NCBI GenBank assembly: GCA_963699465.1
Contig: CAVOTZ010000002.1
Coordinates: 120,729-184,728, forward strand
DNA from: an uncultured Alphaproteobacteria bacterium
GTDB lineage: Bacteria; Pseudomonadota; Alphaproteobacteria; Rhizobiales; Xanthobacteraceae
Length of the DNA: 64,000 bases
Direction: 5' to 3'
This document shows positions 50,884 to 62,200 of the stretch, piece by piece; positions within the stretch are counted from its first letter, which is position 1; every line of letters begins with the position of its first letter. Below the pieces are notes generated by a model that made no database searches, had not been told where the DNA came from, and saw only the letters and a list, made by a program, of their open reading frames with translations. The translations under genes and the position numbers were made by a program.

Positions 50884-53045
50884 ATGAACAGGACAGCCTT
50901 CTCGCTTCCCGCCCACAGCGAATACCGCACACGCGGCGGCCTCGTGGTGTCGCGCGCGGTGGAGCAATTCACCGGCGGCGCCGACCGGCTCGACGACCTG
51001 ATCGACCTGCTCGACCGCCGCCGCGGCGTGGTGCTGTCGTCGGGCACCACGGTGCCGGGCCGCTACGAAAGTTTTGACCTCGGCTTCTCCGATCCGCCGC
51101 TGCGCGCTGGAAACCGCCGGCGACAAGTTTTCGCTCACCGCGCTGAACGCGCGCGGCGAGGTGCTGATCGCTTTTCTCGGCGATACGTCTGCGCGATCCC
51201 TGCATCGTTATCTCGGACAAGAGCGCGAACCGGCTTGCCGGCCATATCGTGCGCGGCGAGGCCCCGGTCGATGAGGACCAGCGCACCCGGCGCGCCAGCG
51301 CGATGTCGCTGGTGCGCGATCTCATCGCGGCGCTCGGCGCCAACGACGATCCGCTGCTCGGCCTGTTCGGCGCCTTCGCCTATGATCTCGTGTTCCAGAT
51401 CGAGGACCTCGTGCAGAAGCGCGCGCGCGAAAGCGACCAGCGCGACATCGTGCTCTATGTGCCCGATCGCCTGTTGGCCTATGACCGCGCCACCGGGCGC
51501 GGCGTGGTGCTGAGTTACGATTTTGCCTGGAACGGCAAGTCGACCGAGGGCCTGCCGCGCGAAACCTCGGAAAGCGTCTACGCGAAAACGGCGCGGCAGG
51601 GCTTTGCCGATCACGCGCCCGGCGAGTACCAGGCCACGGTCGAGACCGCACGCGCCGCGTTCGCGCGCGGCGATCTGTTCGAGGCGGTGCCGGGCCAGTT
51701 GTTCGCCGAGCCCTGCGAGCGCAGCCCGGCGGAAGTGTTCCAGCGGCTGTGCCGGATCAACCCGTCGCCCTATGGCGCGCTGATGAATCTCGGCGACGGC
51801 GAGTTTCTGGTATCGGCGTCGCCGGAAATGTTCGTGCGCTGCGACGGCCGCCGGGTCGAGACCTGCCCGATCTCCGGCACCATCGCGCGCGGGGTCGACG
51901 CGATCGGCGATGCCGAGCAGATCCGGCAATTGCTCAATTCGGAAAAGGACGAATTCGAGCTCAACATGTGCACCGACGTCGACCGCAACGACAAGGCGCG
52001 GGTCTGCGTGCCCGGCAGCATCAAGGTATTGGCGCGGCGGCAGATCGAAACCTATTCAAAACTGTTCCACACCGTCGATCACGTCGAGGGCATGCTGCGG
52101 CCGGGTTTCGACTCGCTCGACGCGTTCCTGACCCACGCCTGGGCGGTGACGGTGACCGGCGCGCCGAAATTATGGGCGATGCAGTTCGTCGAGGACCACG
52201 AGCGCTCGCCGCGGCGCTGGTATGCCGGCGCGATCGGCGCGGTCAATTTCGACGGCAGCATCAATACCGGTTTGACCATCCGCACCATCCGGATGAAGGA
52301 CGGCCTGGCCGAGGTACGGGTCGGCGCCACCTGCCTGTTCGATTCCGATCCCGCCGCCGAGGACCGCGAATGCCAGGTCAAGGCCGCCGCGTTGTTCCAG
52401 GCGCTGCGCGGCGATCCGCCAAAGCGGCTGTCGGCGTTCGCGCCCGATGCCACCGGCTCGGGCAAGCGGGTGCTGCTGATCGATCACGACGACAGCTTCG
52501 TGCATATGCTGGCGGATTATTTCCGGCAGGTCGGCGCCGCGGTCACTGTGGTCCGGTATATGCATGCGCAGCAGATGCTGAGCAGCCGGGAATACGATCT
52601 GCTGGTGCTGTCGCCGGGGCCGGGGAGGCCGGAGGATTTTGCCATCGCCAGGACCATCGACGCCGCGTTGGGCAAGAAGCTGCCGATCTTCGGCGTCTGC
52701 CTCGGCGTGCAGGCGATCGGCGAATATTTCGGCGGCCAGCTCGGCCAGCTCGCCCAGCCGGCGCATGGCCGGCCGTCGCGGGTCCAGGTGCGCGGCGGGC
52801 GGTTGATGCAGAATTTGCCCAATGAAATCGTGATCGGGCGCTATCATTCGCTGTATGTCGAGCGCGACAGCATGCCCGAGGTGCTGGCGGTGACGGCGAG
52901 CACCGAGGACGGCGTCGCGATGGCGATCGAGCACAAGACGCTTCCCGTCGGCGGCGTGCAATTCCATCCGGAATCGCTGATGTCGCTCGGCGGCGAAGTC
53001 GGTCTGCGCATCGTGGAGAATGCGTTCCGGCTTGGCGTCAATTGA
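50884..53045 (+). CDS. trpE: Fused anthranilate synthase TrpE(G); frameshifts near 51105 and 51185
   Basis: NPSPY, SPEMF, VTVTGAPK, IRT; GAT domain SPGPGRP, GVCLG, VQFHPES. Confidence 0.93.
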
Positions 53046-53055
53046 GAGGGGAGTT

Positions 53056-53170
53056 CGTCATTGCGAGGAGCACTTGCGACGAAGCAATCCAGAGCCATAA
53101 GGAACGACTGGATTGCTTCGCGGAGCCTGTCATCGGGCGGGCATTCGCCCGACCCGTTGGCTCGCAATGA
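53056..53170. repeat. REP-like family A copy with an extra internal hairpin
   Basis: CGTCATTGCGAGG...GAAGCAATC...GATTGCTTCG...CTCGCAATGA. Confidence 0.75.
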
Positions 53171-53193
53171 TCAAAGAAATTGAGAGAGACAAA

Positions 53194-53733
53194 ATGGATT
53201 TTGAACACGATCTGAAAGCCACCGTCCGCACCATTCCGGATTACCCAAAACCGGGCATCCTGTTTCGCGACATCACCACGCTGCTCGGCGATGCGCGGGC
53301 GTTCCGCCGCGCCGTCGATCAGCTGGTGGACCCCTGGGCCGGCTCCAAGATCGACAAGGTCGCCGGCATCGAGGCGCGCGGCTTCATTCTCGGCGGTGCC
53401 GTGGCGCACCAGGTCTCCGCTGGGTTCGTGCCGATCCGCAAGAAGGGAAAACTGCCGCACACCACGGTGCGGATCGCCTATTCGCTGGAATACGGCCTCG
53501 ATGAGATGGAAATGCACGCCGATGCCATCCATCCCGGCGAGCGCGTCATCCTGGTCGACGACCTGATCGCCACCGGCGGCACCGCGGAGGGCGCCGTCAA
53601 ACTGCTGCGCCAGATCGGCGCCAATGTGGTCGCGGCCTGTTTTATCATCGATCTGCCGGATCTCGGCGGTGCCGCAAAGCTGCGCGCGATGGACGTACCG
53701 GTGCGCACGCTGATGACGTTCGACGGGCATTAG
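53194..53733 (+). CDS. apt: Adenine phosphoribosyltransferase
   Basis: [36 protein letters not shown]. Confidence 0.96.
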   Translation: MDFEHDLKATVRTIPDYPKPGILFRDITTLLGDARAFRRAVDQLVDPWAGSKIDKVAGIEARGFILGGAVAHQVSAGFVPIRKKGKLPHTTVRIAYSLEYGLDEMEMHADAIHPGERVILVDDLIATGGTAEGAVKLLRQIGANVVAACFIIDLPDLGGAAKLRAMDVPVRTLMTFDGH

Positions 53734-53735
53734 CC

Positions 53736-54033
53736 GTCGTCCCCGCGCACGCGCTAGGGCATGCACACATCTTTTCAGAGTTGGCCACCGAGTAATAAAA
53801 ACGCGAGGTCTTATCAATGGTCGCCGATCAGCGACGCGCAGACTTCGTGAAAACCGAGGGTCACCTAAGTGTCTGTATTTGAGTCCACTTTTCGAGATGT
53901 GTGCATCGACTAGCGCGCACGCGGGGACCCATAACCCCTGGCATCAGTTGTTGGGTAACGCGTCTGCGTTCGTGCCTTAACGTGGCGACACGGCGTATGG
54001 GTCCCGGCGCGCGCTTCGCTTGGCCGGGACGAC
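53736..54033. repeat. CGTC-type REP doublet (family F) interrupted by a MITE
   Basis: CGTCGTCCCCGCGCACGCG|GGGACCCATAACCC...ATGGGTCCCGG...GGGACGACG. Confidence 0.75.
53754..53913. mobile_element. 160-bp MITE (non-autonomous IS derivative)
   Basis: TIRs CTAGGGCATGCACACATC / GATGTGTGCATCGACTAG; flanking 10-bp direct repeat CGCGCACGCG at 53744-53753 and 53914-53923. Confidence 0.8.
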
Positions 54034-54035
54034 GG

Positions 54036-54705
54036 TTACGACTTCTGCAAAATCAAACTCAGCTCCAGCTCGCGGAAACTGAGATAATTCCGGCGCACCC
54101 ATTGGTGCAGTTCGGTCGATGAATCCTTTTCGTTGCGCAGATAGTCGGTGAACGAGAAGGTCAGCCGGTCGATATAGATCTTCAGGAACGAAGGCAGCGC
54201 GGCCATCCGCAGCAAGCCGGCCGTGCGACATCACCGCCGGCAATTCGCCACGCAGCACCCATTCGTTGTCGACGGTGACGAGATTGCCCGGTGGAATCTG
54301 CTCGCGCAGCATTTCATGTCCGCGCGCCGAGACCCGGTCGGTATCGGCCATGAACAGGATCACCGGCGCGATCCTGCGCCGCGCGGCTTCCTTCAGGAAG
54401 CCGATTTCCTCGCACATCTTGAAGAATTCGTCGAAGGCGTGGAAGCCGAGGTCGATCACCTTGGGGACGCCGTCATCGATGATCAGGCGGTCCATCAGCT
54501 GCATCTTGCCGTAGGTGTTGTCGACGTCGGCGGTTTCGGTGATCTTGGGCAAATAGTCCAGCAGCGACGGCTCCTTCAGATTGATGTCGAAGGAGGTCAC
54601 CGTCCCGTTCTTCAGAAGCAGGAATTCGCTGAGCAGCCGCGCCGTCAGCGTCTTGCCGACCAGCGGCCGGGGCGAGCAGATGATGTAGACGGGCGTATGG
54701 TTCAT
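54036..54705 (-). CDS. Degenerate ParA/MinD-like P-loop protein; frameshift near 54210
   Basis: CSPRPLVGKT, SFDIN, KVIDLG; C-terminus ...RELELSLILQKS* in a second frame. Confidence 0.7.
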
Positions 54706-54726
54706 TACGGGCTATATCAGGCGGAT

Positions 54727-54810
54727 TAGAGCGTTTTCAAGCAAAGCATGCCCTCGGACTTGATCCGTGGGTGGATACCGGTTCGCGCAAAGAAAACGCG
54801 TCAAAACAAC
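54727..54810. repeat. Family D repeat copy
   Basis: TAGAGCGTTTTCAAGCAAAG...GTGGATACCGGTTCGCGCAAAGAAAACGCGTCAAAACAA. Confidence 0.72.
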
Positions 54811-54848
54811 AATTCGCCTGATCCAGCCTAATCCGCCGAGCTGGGCAA

Positions 54849-55604
54849 TTATTTTTCGCCGCCGCGGGTGGCCGATTTGCCGGCGCCGACCAGGTCGGTC
54901 AGCTTGATGCGGTCGAACTCGCTCCAGACATTGGCGAGCCAGTGCCGGACATAGCCGCGCAGCACGAAGGAATAATTCGCCGCTTCGTCCTGGGTGCCCT
55001 TGTTGGCGACGAATTTGAGGAACGGTACCGAGGCGACTTCGACCTGCTCATAGGCCATTTCGTTCAGCTTGGGGATGACGAGGTCGGTGGCGTCCTTGAT
55101 GCGGTGGAAATAGGAATTGTAGGTCGCCTGGTCCCACTGGAAGAACTGGGTGTCGTTGATGAAGTTCTTGACCAGGAAATACTTCGCGCCCTGCATGAAA
55201 TTCGCGGTCTCGGCGATTTCGTCCAGCGAGGCGATCGAGGGTCCCAGAATATGGAACACGGCAAAGGTGATCTGGCCTGATTTGGCGGCATCGAGGAAGC
55301 CGATGTCGCGCAACGAGGCCAAGGCCGGCGAGAGCAGGCCGGCGCGGACGTCGATCACGGTGACGGAGGGGCTGGCCGCGTTCAGCGTATCGAAGATCTT
55401 CATCTGGTCCGAGGTCGTCGTCATGTCGACGATTTCGGTGATGTCGGGGTGGAAACGCTTCAGCGTGCCGCGCGGCGACTCGGTATCGAAGGCCCGGGTC
55501 GGTACGTTGTTGGCGCTGAAATAATCCAGCAGGGTGCGCGAGACGGTGGTCTTGCCGACCCCGCCCTTGTCGGCGCCCACCACGATCACTACCGGCTTTG
55601 ACAT
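54849..55604 (-). CDS. ParA/MinD-like P-loop NTPase of unknown function
   Basis: Deviant Walker A DKGGVGKT, RAFDTE, VIDVRAG. Confidence 0.8.
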   Translation of the reverse strand: MSKPVVIVVGADKGGVGKTTVSRTLLDYFSANNVPTRAFDTESPRGTLKRFHPDITEIVDMTTTSDQMKIFDTLNAASPSVTVIDVRAGLLSPALASLRDIGFLDAAKSGQITFAVFHILGPSIASLDEIAETANFMQGAKYFLVKNFINDTQFFQWDQATYNSYFHRIKDATDLVIPKLNEMAYEQVEVASVPFLKFVANKGTQDEAANYSFVLRGYVRHWLANVWSEFDRIKLTDLVGAGKSATRGGEK

Positions 55605-55763
55605 GAATTTCCCTTAAGCCCGCGCGCCGCATGGAGCGGCCCGACTGTCCCTACGCCTGCTTTGGGCGCGAACATGGCAGAAACAAGGGAGAATTCAATT
55701 CTTTAGACCGCCGTTAAGGATAATCGCTGCCGATGTCGTTAATGGCGCCGGCGCGCCGCAATG

Positions 55764-57006
55764 CTAGCGCCGCCCCCAGGGACCGGCTGGATCGGCCCAA
55801 GGGCTAGTTTGAGGACCGGTTTGAGGGCCAGTTTGAGGCCCGCCTTGCGGCGCGCCGTCGGGGTTTGCGCCCCATGGTCCCGCAGGCACCGGCGGCGGAA
55901 CCTGATTGGTCTGTTGGCCTTGTTCGGGCGCATCGGGCTGGTCGTTCGGCGCGGGCAGCGCCAGCGGCCCGGGGTCGTGTCCCCCGGCGTATTTCACCAG
56001 CGCCTGCACGCGGCTCTCGACCGAAGGGTGGGTCGCGAACAGGTCGGAAAAACCCTCGCGCGGGTTGTCGAGGCACAATTCCATCACCGCCGAGGTGGCG
56101 CCCGGCAATTCGCCGCGGCCCTCGATCTTGCGCAGCGCCGAGATCATGGCATCGGGATTTTTGGTCAGTTCGACCGAGCCGGCGTCGGCCAGCAGTTCGC
56201 GCGATCGCGACAGCGCCAGCCGCACCAGTTGCGACAACAGCCAGGCCAGCGCGATCAGCGCCACCGCGACGATGATGACAAAGATCGCGCCGCCGCCCGA
56301 ACTTTTGCGGTCGCTGCTGCCGCCTTCGGAGGATGAGGAGGATGACGAGGACGATGAAGAGCTGGACCAGCCGCCGCCCGAACCCCAGCCGCCATAGCCG
56401 CCGAAATTGAAAAAGCCGCGGAACAGCAATTCGGCGAAGAAGCCGACCACGCCGGCGATGATTACCGCGATCACCATCATCTGCACGTCGCCGTTGCGGA
56501 TGTGGGTCAGCTCGTGGCCGAGAACCGATTCGATCTCCTGGTCGTTGAGCGCGTCGAGCAGGCCGCGGGTGACGGTGACGGAATATTGCCGCTGGTTCAG
56601 CCCGGTCGCATAGGCGTTCAGCGCATCGCTCTCCACGATCTTCAGTTTCGGCATCGGAATGCCGCGGGAGATGCAGAGGTTTTCCAAGAGATTATAGAGC
56701 CGCGGCTCCTGCTGCCTTGTGACGTCCTCGCCGCCGGTGACGGCATCGATGATCTTCTGGTGGAAGAAATAGGCGATCACGATCCACAAAGCCGCCGCCC
56801 CGGTCGAGAACGGCAGCGTGTGGATCACGTCCGATAGCGCCACCCGCAGATAATAATCGACGGGTCCGCCGGCGTTGTTCAGCGACCTCGATGATCAGCG
56901 CGCCGGCATAGACGATGACATAGACCAGCAGGAACAGGCCGGCGAGCAGCAGCATCGAACGGAATTTGTTCGACTGGATGTGGGTATAGAGACCGTAGGC
57001 GGCCAT
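55764..57006 (-). CDS. htpX: M48 (HtpX-like) zinc metalloprotease; frameshift near 56880
   Basis: NAYATG, GHELTH, SRSRELLAD, FATHP; N-terminus MAAYGLYTHI in another frame. Confidence 0.85.
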
Positions 57007-57056
57007 GATGCTCCTTGCGCCCGATCAGCTACTGCAAAGCGGCGGCTTTATTTTCA

Positions 57057-57160
57057 CCTCTCCCTTTGGGAGAGGTCGGCGCGAAGCGCCGGGTGAGGGG
57101 TTACGGCTTATCGATAGGGCGTACCCCCTCACCCCAACCCTCTCCCCATGGGAGAGGGAG
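57057..57160. repeat. REP-like family B copy
   Basis: CCTCTCCCTTTGGGAGAGG...CCCCTCACCCCAACCCTCTCCCCATGGGAGAGGG. Confidence 0.75.
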
Positions 57161-57200
57161 CGCGCTCGTCGCGTTGACAAGATGAGGCTCATATCAAAAA

Positions 57201-57761
57201 TTAAAACTTCACCGTCGGCGCCTGCTCGACTTCCGTCCGGCTGGCGCCAAGATCGAAAAAGTCCTTGCGGGTGAAGCCGAACGTGCCGGCGAACAGCGCG
57301 GCCGGCATCTGCTGGATGCCGGTGTTGTATTCCTGGACCGCGTTGTTGAAGAAGCGGCGGCTGGCGGCGATCTTGTTCTCGAGATCGGACAGCTCGCTGG
57401 CCAGTTGCTGGAAGTTGGCATTGGCCTTGAGGTCCGGATAGGCCTCCGACAGCGCGATCAGCTTGCCGAGCGCGCCGCTCAACTGGTTTTCGGCGGCCGA
57501 GACCTGCGCCGGTCCCTGCGCCGACATCGCCGCACCCCGCGCCTTGATCACATCGTCCAGCGTGCCCCGTTCATGCGCGGCATAGCCCTTCACGGTCTCG
57601 ACCAGGTTCGGGATCAAATCGTGGCGCTGCTTGAGCTGCACGTCGATATCGGCAAAGGCCTGGTTGACGCGCTGGCTGAGCGTGACCAGGCGGTTATAGG
57701 CGGCGAACGCGAAGAGCACGACAATGACGATGACGCCGAGAACGATCCAGCCGGTCGACAT
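57201..57761 (-). CDS. lemA: LemA family protein
   Basis: YNRLV, IDVQLKQRHDLIPNLVETVKGY, EAYPDLKAN, RRFFN. Confidence 0.93.
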   Translation of the reverse strand: MSTGWIVLGVIVIVVLFAFAAYNRLVTLSQRVNQAFADIDVQLKQRHDLIPNLVETVKGYAAHERGTLDDVIKARGAAMSAQGPAQVSAAENQLSGALGKLIALSEAYPDLKANANFQQLASELSDLENKIAASRRFFNNAVQEYNTGIQQMPAALFAGTFGFTRKDFFDLGASRTEVEQAPTVKF

Positions 57762-57892
57762 GGCAAAACACTCCTGGTGGGACGAATGCGGGCAATCCAG
57801 ACAAAAACAACGCCGCGCGGCGGCCCGCACGACGTGGGTATGCCCATTGGTCGGCGCAAGACGGGATTAGTTCAAGGGGGAACGATAGCCGC

Positions 57893-58144
57893 CGTCGTCC
57901 CGGCCTTGAGCCGCGCCCCATAACCCCTGGCGTTGCTGATTGAAGAAAGCGCCAGCCGCACCAATAGCTGTCATCACCCGCGAAAGCGGGTGATCCAGTA
58001 TTCCAGAGCGCTCGTGATGGAATTGAAAAGTTGCGGCGTACTGGATACCCCGCTTCCGCGGGGTATGACGGTCGTGTGTGGGGTGGACGCTTCGTGCAAT
58101 CGGCAGCGCCAGGGGTTATGGGTCCCGGCGTTCGCCGGGACGAC
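57893..58144. repeat. Nested CGTC/GTCAT REP cluster
   Basis: Family F arms enclosing GTCATCACCCGCGAAAGCGGGTGATCCAGTA...TACTGGATACCCCGC...ATGAC. Confidence 0.7.
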
Positions 58145-59120
58145 GGATTCACTCACCGCATCGCCCCATCGCCAGCGGCGGGCGCGGGCATAGGCTTCCC
58201 TGTCGCGGCGGGGCACCCGGGCCATGGTGACGCCATCGGGCGTGCAGAGCTTTGCCGCGACCTCGACCTTGCCGACGACAGGTGCCGCCAGGACGCGGGT
58301 GGGCCGCGCCGCGACCGGCGCGCGGGTCAGCGCCAGATAGCTGAATTTCTCGTCCTCGAACGGCAGCTCGGCGCCCTTGATCTGTTTATGCGCCTGCGAG
58401 CGCGGCAGGCGCTGGGTGAAATGGCACCAGTCCGGTGGTGAAAGCGGGACATTTGTGGTCATGCGGGCAGGGCGCCGCGACATGCGCGCCCGATGCGATC
58501 AGTTGCGCGCGCAGTGCGATGATCCGCGCATAGCCCGCGGGCGTGCCGGGCTCGACCACCAGGAGCGTGTCGCGGGTTTTGCTCCACATCAGCTCCGCCA
58601 GCGTCCGTTGCTCGGCGTCATCCATCTCGCCGACCACATAGCTCGCGATCACGAGGTCGGCGGGGTCGGCATTGGCGAGGGTGACGCGGGCGTCACCCTG
58701 CCGGTAGTCGATCTCGCGCAGGCGGGTGCTTTCTCTGGCAAGCTGCCGCGCCAGCTCGCGCAAGGCGCCGTTGGCGTCCAGCAACGAGAAAAGCTTCAGC
58801 GATGGCCATGTCTCGGCGGCGGCCCACGTCGCCGTCCCCGGTCCGGCGCCGATATCGAGCAGGCTTTGCGGCGCAAAGTCGGGGTTGATCTCGCCGAGTG
58901 CATTCAGGCTGGCGGCGATCGCCGCATAGGTCGCCGGCATCCGCGCCAGCGCATAGGCCAGCGCATCGGCGGCGTTACGGATCGTGATGGAGCTGCCGCC
59001 GCCGCGATAATTTTCCGAAATCCGCGCCGCGCGCTCCGCCGCCTCGTTGCGCGACAGCCCCTGCAGCCGGGCGTCGAGCGCGGCTTTCAGTTCGGCGGGG
59101 AGGTTGGGTGGGACAGGCAT
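57974..59120 (-). CDS. Rsm22/METTL17-like methyltransferase; frameshift near 58445
   Basis: YALARMP, LDIGAGPGT, VEPGTPAG, APCPH, WCHF, EDEKFSY, WGD. Confidence 0.82.
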
Positions 59121-59133
59121 GGCCTTCTTTTTT

Positions 59134-59269
59134 CCCTCTCCCCTTGTGGGAGAGGGTGGCTCGCATCCTCAGATGCGAGACGGGAGAGGGGGCGCCGCAC
59201 AACGAGAGGCCGCGACCCCTCTCCCGCCTTCGCTTCGCTCAGGCACCCTCTCCCACAAGGGGAGAGGGG
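59134..59269. repeat. REP-like family B copy
   Basis: CCCTCTCCCCTTGTGGGAGAGGG...CCCTCTCCCACAAGGGGAGAGGG. Confidence 0.78.
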
Positions 59270-59275
59270 AAAAGA

Positions 59276-62200
59276 TCACGCCACGTGCTGGTCGAGGATC
59301 TTCACCGCGTCTTCGAGGTCGACCGAGACCAGCTGCGAGACGCCGCGTTCGGCCATGGTGACGCCGAACAGCCGGTTCATCCGCGCCATGGTGATCGGAT
59401 TATGCGTGATGATGATGAAGCGGGTCTCGGTGCTCGAGGTCATTTCGTGCAGCAGGTTGCAGAAGCGCTCGACGTTGTGGTCGTCGAGCGGCGCGTCGAC
59501 TTCGTCGAGCACGCAGATCGGCGACGGGTTGGTGAGGAACACCGCGAAGATCAGCGCCAGCGCGGTCAGCGCCTGCTCGCCGCCAGATAACAGCGACAGC
59601 GTCTGCGGCTTCTTGCCGGGCGGTTTGGCGATGATCTCAAGGCCGGCCTCGAGCGGATCGTCGCTTTCGATCAGATGCAGCGCCGCCTCGCCACCGCCGA
59701 ACAATTCGGTGAACAGCCGCTTGAAATGCGCGTTGACGGTTTCGAACGAGGTCAACAGCCGCTCGCGCGCCTCGCGGTTGAGGCTCTGGATGCCCTGGCG
59801 CAGCCGCTTGATGGCTTCGACCAGGTCGTCGCGCTCGGTGACCAGCGTGGTGTGCTGGGTTTCGACCTCGCGCAGTTCCTCCTCGGCGCGCAAATTGACC
59901 GCGCCGAGCCGCTCGCGGTCGCGACGCAGCTTTTCGAGGCTCTCCTCGATCTCGGCGAGCGGCGGCAGCTCGGATTCCGGCGTGATCTCGGCCAAACCTG
60001 CCACCGCCTGCGGCTCGACTTCCAGCATGTCGTGGATTTCGCGCTCGACATCCTGCAGCCGGCGCCTGGCGCCGTCCATGCGTTCCTCGGCGCGGGCGCA
60101 GGCTTCGCGGGCGCTCGACAGCGCCTCCAGCGAAATCTTCGCGGCGCGATCGGTTTCCGCCATCAAATTCTCGGCGGTCTGAAGCGTATCGGCGGCCACC
60201 CGGCGGGCGCTCTCGGCGGCCTCGATTTCGTTGATCAGCGCGCGGCGCTTTTCGGCGAACAAGGCCGGCGCGTTATCGAGCTCGGCGCGCTCCGCCTTGA
60301 CCTCGGTGATACGGGCTTCGATGGTGGCGATCTGCGATGCCGCGCTTTCCTTGCGCGCCTGCCACTGGTTCTGTTCGGCGACGATCGCCTGCAGCCGGCG
60401 GTCGGCCAGTTCCGCCTCGCGCGCCAGCGCCTGCGCCTCGGCGCGCACCTGCGCGGCGAGCCGGCGATGACCCTCGATGTCGCTGCGAACCGCGGCTAAC
60501 CTCGTCTCGGTATCGAGGCTCGGCGGCAATTCCTCCAGCGCCGCGACGGCGTTCTCGTGCGCGGCTTGCGCCTCGGCGCGGTCGGCGTCGAGGCGGCTAT
60601 GGGCTTCGGTCAGCGCCGACTTGCGCGCGGCGTGACGGTTGATCTCGCGTTCGGTCGTCGGCATGGCGCTCGCGGGCGGAATCGGCCTCGCGCTGCGCGG
60701 CGCGCCACGCATCGCGCGCTGATGTCTCGGAGGCGGAAGCCGCCTTCAATTCGGCTTCGGCCGTCTCCAGCGCCCCGCGCTTCGCGGCGGCCTCGCTGCG
60801 GGCCAGTTCGAGTTCGTTTTCGATATCGACCAGCCGCGCCCGTTCGGCGAGGCGCCGCGCGGCGCCGGTCGGGGCGTGGGCCGCGGCGACAAAACCGTCC
60901 CAGCGCCAGACGTCGCCTTCCAGCGACACCAGCCGCTGGCCGGTCTTCAGCTGCGGCACCAGCTCGGCGCCGCGCTCTTTCGCGACGACACCGATCTGCG
61001 CGAGCCGGCGCGCCAGTTCGACCGGCGCATCGACATGGGCGGCGAGCAATTCGGCGCCGGCGGGCAATGCGGGATCGCCCTCGGTGACGCCGGAATTGGT
61101 CCAGCGCATCGGCGCCGAGGGATCGACGGGGGCGTCGAGGTCGTCGCCGAGCGCCGCGCCCAGCGCCTTCTCATAACCCTTGGCGACGGTGACGCCGTCG
61201 ATGATCGGCGGCCACAGGTTCTTGGTTTCGCCGTTGACGAGCTTTGAAATGGTGCGCGCTTCGGTCTCGAGCCGCTGCACCCGCTTGTCGGCCTCGTTGA
61301 GCGGCGCGCGGGAAGCCTCCAGCCTCTGCCGCGCGGCGACATGGTCGGCTTCGCTGCTTTGCGCGGCGGCTTCGGACTGCGCCAGATGCTCCTGCGCGGT
61401 TTCCATGATGCCGGCGAGTTCGGCGAGATCGCCGAGCCCGCTGGTTTCCTGCGCCAGTTTTTCCTCGTCGCCGCGGACGTTGGCGATATCGCGATCGAGC
61501 CGCGCCAGCCGCTCCTGATGGGTGCGCACGCCGGCCTCGAGCTGGCGGCGTTTGGCGGTGAGGTCGGCGAGCACGGTGGTCAATTCGGCGAACAGCCGCT
61601 CGGCGCCGGCCAGCGTGGTCTCGGCCTCGGACACCCGTTCGTCAACGCCGCTGCGCTTTTCGACCCGCGACTTGATCTCGTCCTTTAACTCGGTGTCTTC
61701 GATCCCGAGCCGCTGAAGTGCTGCTTCCGCATCCGTGGTCTGCTGTTGCTCGCGGCCGATGTCGGCGGAGAATTGCGTCAACCGGCGGTCGAGCTCGGCG
61801 ACGCGTTCCTTGGCGCGCTCTTCCTCGCGGTCGAGCGTCTCGCGCGCATTGGTGAGGCGCTGCAGACCGGCGGCGGCGCGGGCTTCGGCCTCGCGCAGCG
61901 CCGGCAGTTCGGAAGCGCGGATCGCCTGGATGCGGGCGGCTTCGGCTTGCTCGCGGGTCTTTTCCGCCATCTCGCGGACGCTGAGGTCGTGGGTGTGGCC
62001 GGCTTCGGCCACATCGGAATGCGCTTCCAGCCAGCGCAGATGGAACAGCATGGCCTCGGCCTTGCGCACCTTGGCCGCGACTTCGCGGTAGCGGATCGCC
62101 TGGCGTGCCTGCTTCTTCAGCCCGTCGATCTGTCCGGCCAGTTGCCCGATCACGTCCTCGACGCGAAGCAGGTTGGTTTCGGCGGCCTTGAGCCGCAGTT

